The translations under genes were made by a program, and so were the position numbers. Below the pieces are notes generated by a model that saw only the letters and a program-made list of their open reading frames with translations, was not told the origin of the DNA and made no database searches. A DNA stretch of 38,312 nt from Nemertoderma westbladi (Eukaryota > Animalia > Xenacoelomorpha), in contig JAUCBJ010002881.1 of the NCBI GenBank assembly GCA_032718475.1, positions 1 to 38,312 on the forward strand, given 5' to 3'. Of this stretch, positions 35,209-38,312 are shown piece after piece. Each line of letters starts with the position of its first letter. Position 1 is the first letter of the stretch.

Positions 35209-35233
35209 GGGGGGGGGGGGGGGGGGGGGGGGT
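35209..35233. repeat. Poly-G run (25 nt)
   Basis: Seen directly. Confidence 0.95.
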
Positions 35234-36053
35234 GTGTCGCGCTACTTTTGAAAAATGTCAGATTTTTTTTGTTTCATAAGAATCGGAATTCAATTAAGTT
35301 TTCAAATCTGAAAACGGCTTAGCGATGTCGCTTTTAGTTCTCGAGTTTTGGCTTTCTATGCGGGCTCTAGTTTATCCGTTAAAAGAATGTACAAGTTGTT
35401 TGCTTATAAACCATCACCTGCTGTTATTAATTGACCCATATTCTTAAACTTATTCAATTTTGTCAATACTTTTTAACCAATAGTACCTTGCTGACAATGT
35501 CAAATCCATGTTGGTTAGAGAAATAACTTAGAATTTAATGTGATACGCCCAATGCAGGAGGGTGTCTCGCAATATATTAAAATCCAGTAATCCCGTGCAA
35601 TATAAAAACGCTTGTTAATTTGGGTGACTTTAATCTCAGAACAAGTTAAGAACATTATTTAACTTAAGTGTTCCCTTTTAGTAAAGTGTTCTAAACAGCT
35701 TAGATTTTGAGAACTTAAATGGGATTTAAGTTGTTTTAGTTGGGCATACATTTTATTCCTTGCATGAAAGTATTCAGTGTTTTAACTGATTCGGTTTGGT
35801 AATATTGCAGTCATCAATAATCCGTCTGATGCCCAACTGGCATTATTGAGGGTTTTCCTAAAAGTTACCAAATTCTACACTGTAACGACATTACGCAAAA
35901 GCAATGGATTTCCGATCCCTGCGGGGTGAGTTCCGGAACGTTATACTCAATATTATTCCAATGGGAACAGCCCCGGTATGAAGTTATAAATAAAGAGTGC
36001 TGTATCGTAACGATAATGAAGTGTTCAGATAATTCTAATAACTATATACCTAC

Positions 36054-36181
36054 GTCATTGTTCATGAAATAGCACTTTATTGCGTTACGGCACGAGTGAT
36101 CTTGTTTCCCGAGCGACAACGAGTGAAATAATAGAACGATAATAACATCAAAGCATTAAAGTGCTAATTATGAACAATGAC
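36054..36181. mobile_element. 128-bp MITE-like inverted repeat
   Basis: gtcattgttcatgaaatagcacttta ... taaagtgctaattatgaacaatgac imperfect TIRs of about 26-30 bp; no TSD recognised. Confidence 0.6.
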
Positions 36182-36199
36182 CATCATCATTTATGATGA

Positions 36200-36470
36200 T
36201 CTAAGGACATGCGTAGAACATAGTCAACCACAATAATGAACAAGAATGGTGCAAGTGTGTCTCCCTGGAGGACGCCCCATAACACTTCAAATGGTTCTGT
36301 GTCACCGTCAACAGTAGACACAAATGTTGTCGAACCATCGTATACTGATCTGATTGCTGCAATAATTTCATCAGGAATCCCATATACAGTAATGAAAGTA
36401 TGCTGAACATACGTGAGCGAGAGATTGAATCAAAGGCTTTGAAGAAGTCAACAAAGATAACAGCCAAATG
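36200..36470 (-). mobile_element. RTE-clade RT internal fragment
   Basis: IFVDFFKAFDSISR, then after a 5-bp frameshift YGIPDEII...GVLQGDTLAPFLFIIVVDYVLR. Confidence 0.85.
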
Positions 36471-36865
36471 TCTGTTTTATTTTTTGATAACGCAGCGATG
36501 TTCTTGTAGGCGTAACGGTGTTATGTGCACTGAATACTGTCGGAATTGCGATTCTTTTCACAATTTAATTCCATAGTTAAGAATGTTATAATTGTGGTAA
36601 ATTTACTTAGTGTAAACGGCTAACTGATATTAAAGACAATTTATTAACAATTTTGACGTGTTGCCATGGCATCTAGAAAGTAAAACAAACATATTGCATA
36701 TTTTTACTTATACTCGATATAGTGGGGGTAGAGGTTGATTTAAAAACGCTGCGGCTAATATGTAGCTTGGTTTTAGTCAAGGTTACTCGTTGCCATGGCA
36801 ACTGGAAACTGAAAAAGAATGCATATTATTCCTTATACTTGATATATAATAGTGATAGTTCCATC

Positions 36866-37011
36866 ATGATACGACCACTGAATGATACGACCACTGAATG
36901 ATACGACCACTGAATGATACGACCACTGAATGATACGACCACTGAATGATACGACCACTGAATGATACGACCACTGAATGATACGACCACTGAATGATAC
37001 GACCACTGAAT
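36866..37011. repeat. 16-bp minisatellite ATGATACGACCACTGA x9, perfect
   Basis: Seen directly; no spacers. Confidence 0.97.
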
Positions 37012-37484
37012 ACGCATTACAAAGCCCGTTGCTATGGACATGGTCAATATTGCTATCTTTGAAGGTCGTTTTGGCCTGGTTGCTATGGTATTTTCAAAAA
37101 ACGAAATATGCCATTAAATAATCTGCTATAAATTTTAAATCGTCATATCTACTATAAGAGCTGTTCCTATGGTAATTTTCTCCGTTGCTATGTTTAAGAC
37201 CTTCTAAAAAGTCTACCCAAATATACTACAACAATGGCGAATCTAATTTTATTTATTTATGGGGAATTATTTGTAATTATGCACTTAAACTTTCTAGAAC
37301 AACCTAATAATGACGCGGTGACATACTGGAAATTCTGGAAATACACAGTAAAATGTATGGCTTAGGGATATACTGAGAAATAATGTCGCACTGCGAAATA
37401 AAGTTGGAAAATATGTCGCCATGGCGATTTGATTCAATAATTAACATGAATAACTTCCAACCAAATACATTCAATAACTATTAT

Positions 37485-38312
37485 TCTCCACTTTATAGAG
37501 ACTATATAATAGTCTCCACTCTATATAATAGTCTCCACTCTATATAATCGTCTCCACTCTATATAATCGTCTCCACTCTATATAATAGTCTCCACTCTAT
37601 ATAATAGTCTCCACTTTATAGAGACTATATAATAGTCTCCACTCTATATAATAGTCTCCACTCTATATAATCGTCTCCACTCTATATAATCGTCTCCACT
37701 CTATATAATAGTCTCCACTCTATATAATAGTCTCCACTCTATAGAGACTATATAATAGTCTCCACTCTATATAATAGTCTCCACTCTATAGAGACTATAT
37801 AATAGTCTCCACTCTATATAATCGTCTCCACTCTATAGAGACTATATAATCGTCTCCACTCTATAGAGACTATATAATCGTCTCCACTCTATATAATAGT
37901 CTCCACTCTATAGAGACTATATAATAGTCTCCACTCTATATAATCGTCTCCACTCTATAGAGACTATATAATAGTCTCCACTCTATATAATCGTCTCCAC
38001 TCTATAGAGACTATATAATCGTCTCCACTCTATAGAGACTATATAATCGTCTCCACTCTATATAATCGTCTCCACTCTATATAATAGTCTCCACTCTATA
38101 TAATAGTCTCCACTCTATATAATCGTCTCCACTCTATATAATCGTCTCCACTCTATATAATCGTCTCCACTCTATATAATAGTCTCCACTCTATATAATA
38201 GTCTCCACTCTATAGAGACTATATAATAGTCTCCACTCTATATAATAGTCTCCACTCTATATAATAGTCTCCACTCTATAGAGACTATATAATAGTCTCC
38301 ACTCTATATAAT
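37485..38312. repeat. 19/28-bp satellite TCTCCACTCTATA[GAGACTATA]TAATMG, runs off the window
   Basis: 19-bp units interspersed with 28-bp units carrying a 9-bp insert. Confidence 0.97.

Noticed and set aside
35209-35233. Poly-G as a functional G-quadruplex
   Set aside because: Homopolymer length is error-prone and nothing in the context supports function.
36866-37011. Possible CRISPR array (also considered for the other arrays)
   Set aside because: Head-to-tail repeats with no unique spacers, no cas genes and a eukaryotic TE context.

Overview
AT-rich eukaryotic (probably invertebrate metazoan; inference) repeat-dense region with no complete host gene. It holds five tandem arrays: 31-bp (58-9429), 14-bp (19636-21518), 28/22-bp (22216-34372, interrupted), 16-bp (36866-37011) and 19/28-bp (37485-end). 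There are two multi-level transposon nests. Nest 1: an RTEX-like LINE relic (-) is split by a CR1/L2-group LINE (+, TSD ATTCTC), which is split by an unclassified 1111-bp non-TIR insertion (10-bp TSD); one terminus of that insertion recurs at 1-57. Nest 2: the 28-bp satellite is split by a 1410-bp foldback hAT-like element (8-bp TSD) and by a CR1/L2-group LINE (-), which is split by a young full-length Gypsy (Mag-like) LTR retrotransposon. The Gypsy has a single 1533-aa gag-pol ORF whose RT catalytic motif reads LVDG. Also present are RTE fragments, a tRNA-derived SINE head, small MITEs and three candidate host exons. The most unusual signal is recurrent TA-CTG/CAG-TA 5-bp insertions that exactly explain frameshifts in three different LINE relics, consistent with Tc1/mariner excision footprints. 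Most ORFs in the track are translations of satellites. I found no supportable novel protein-coding system; family assignments come from motif recognition, not database searches.
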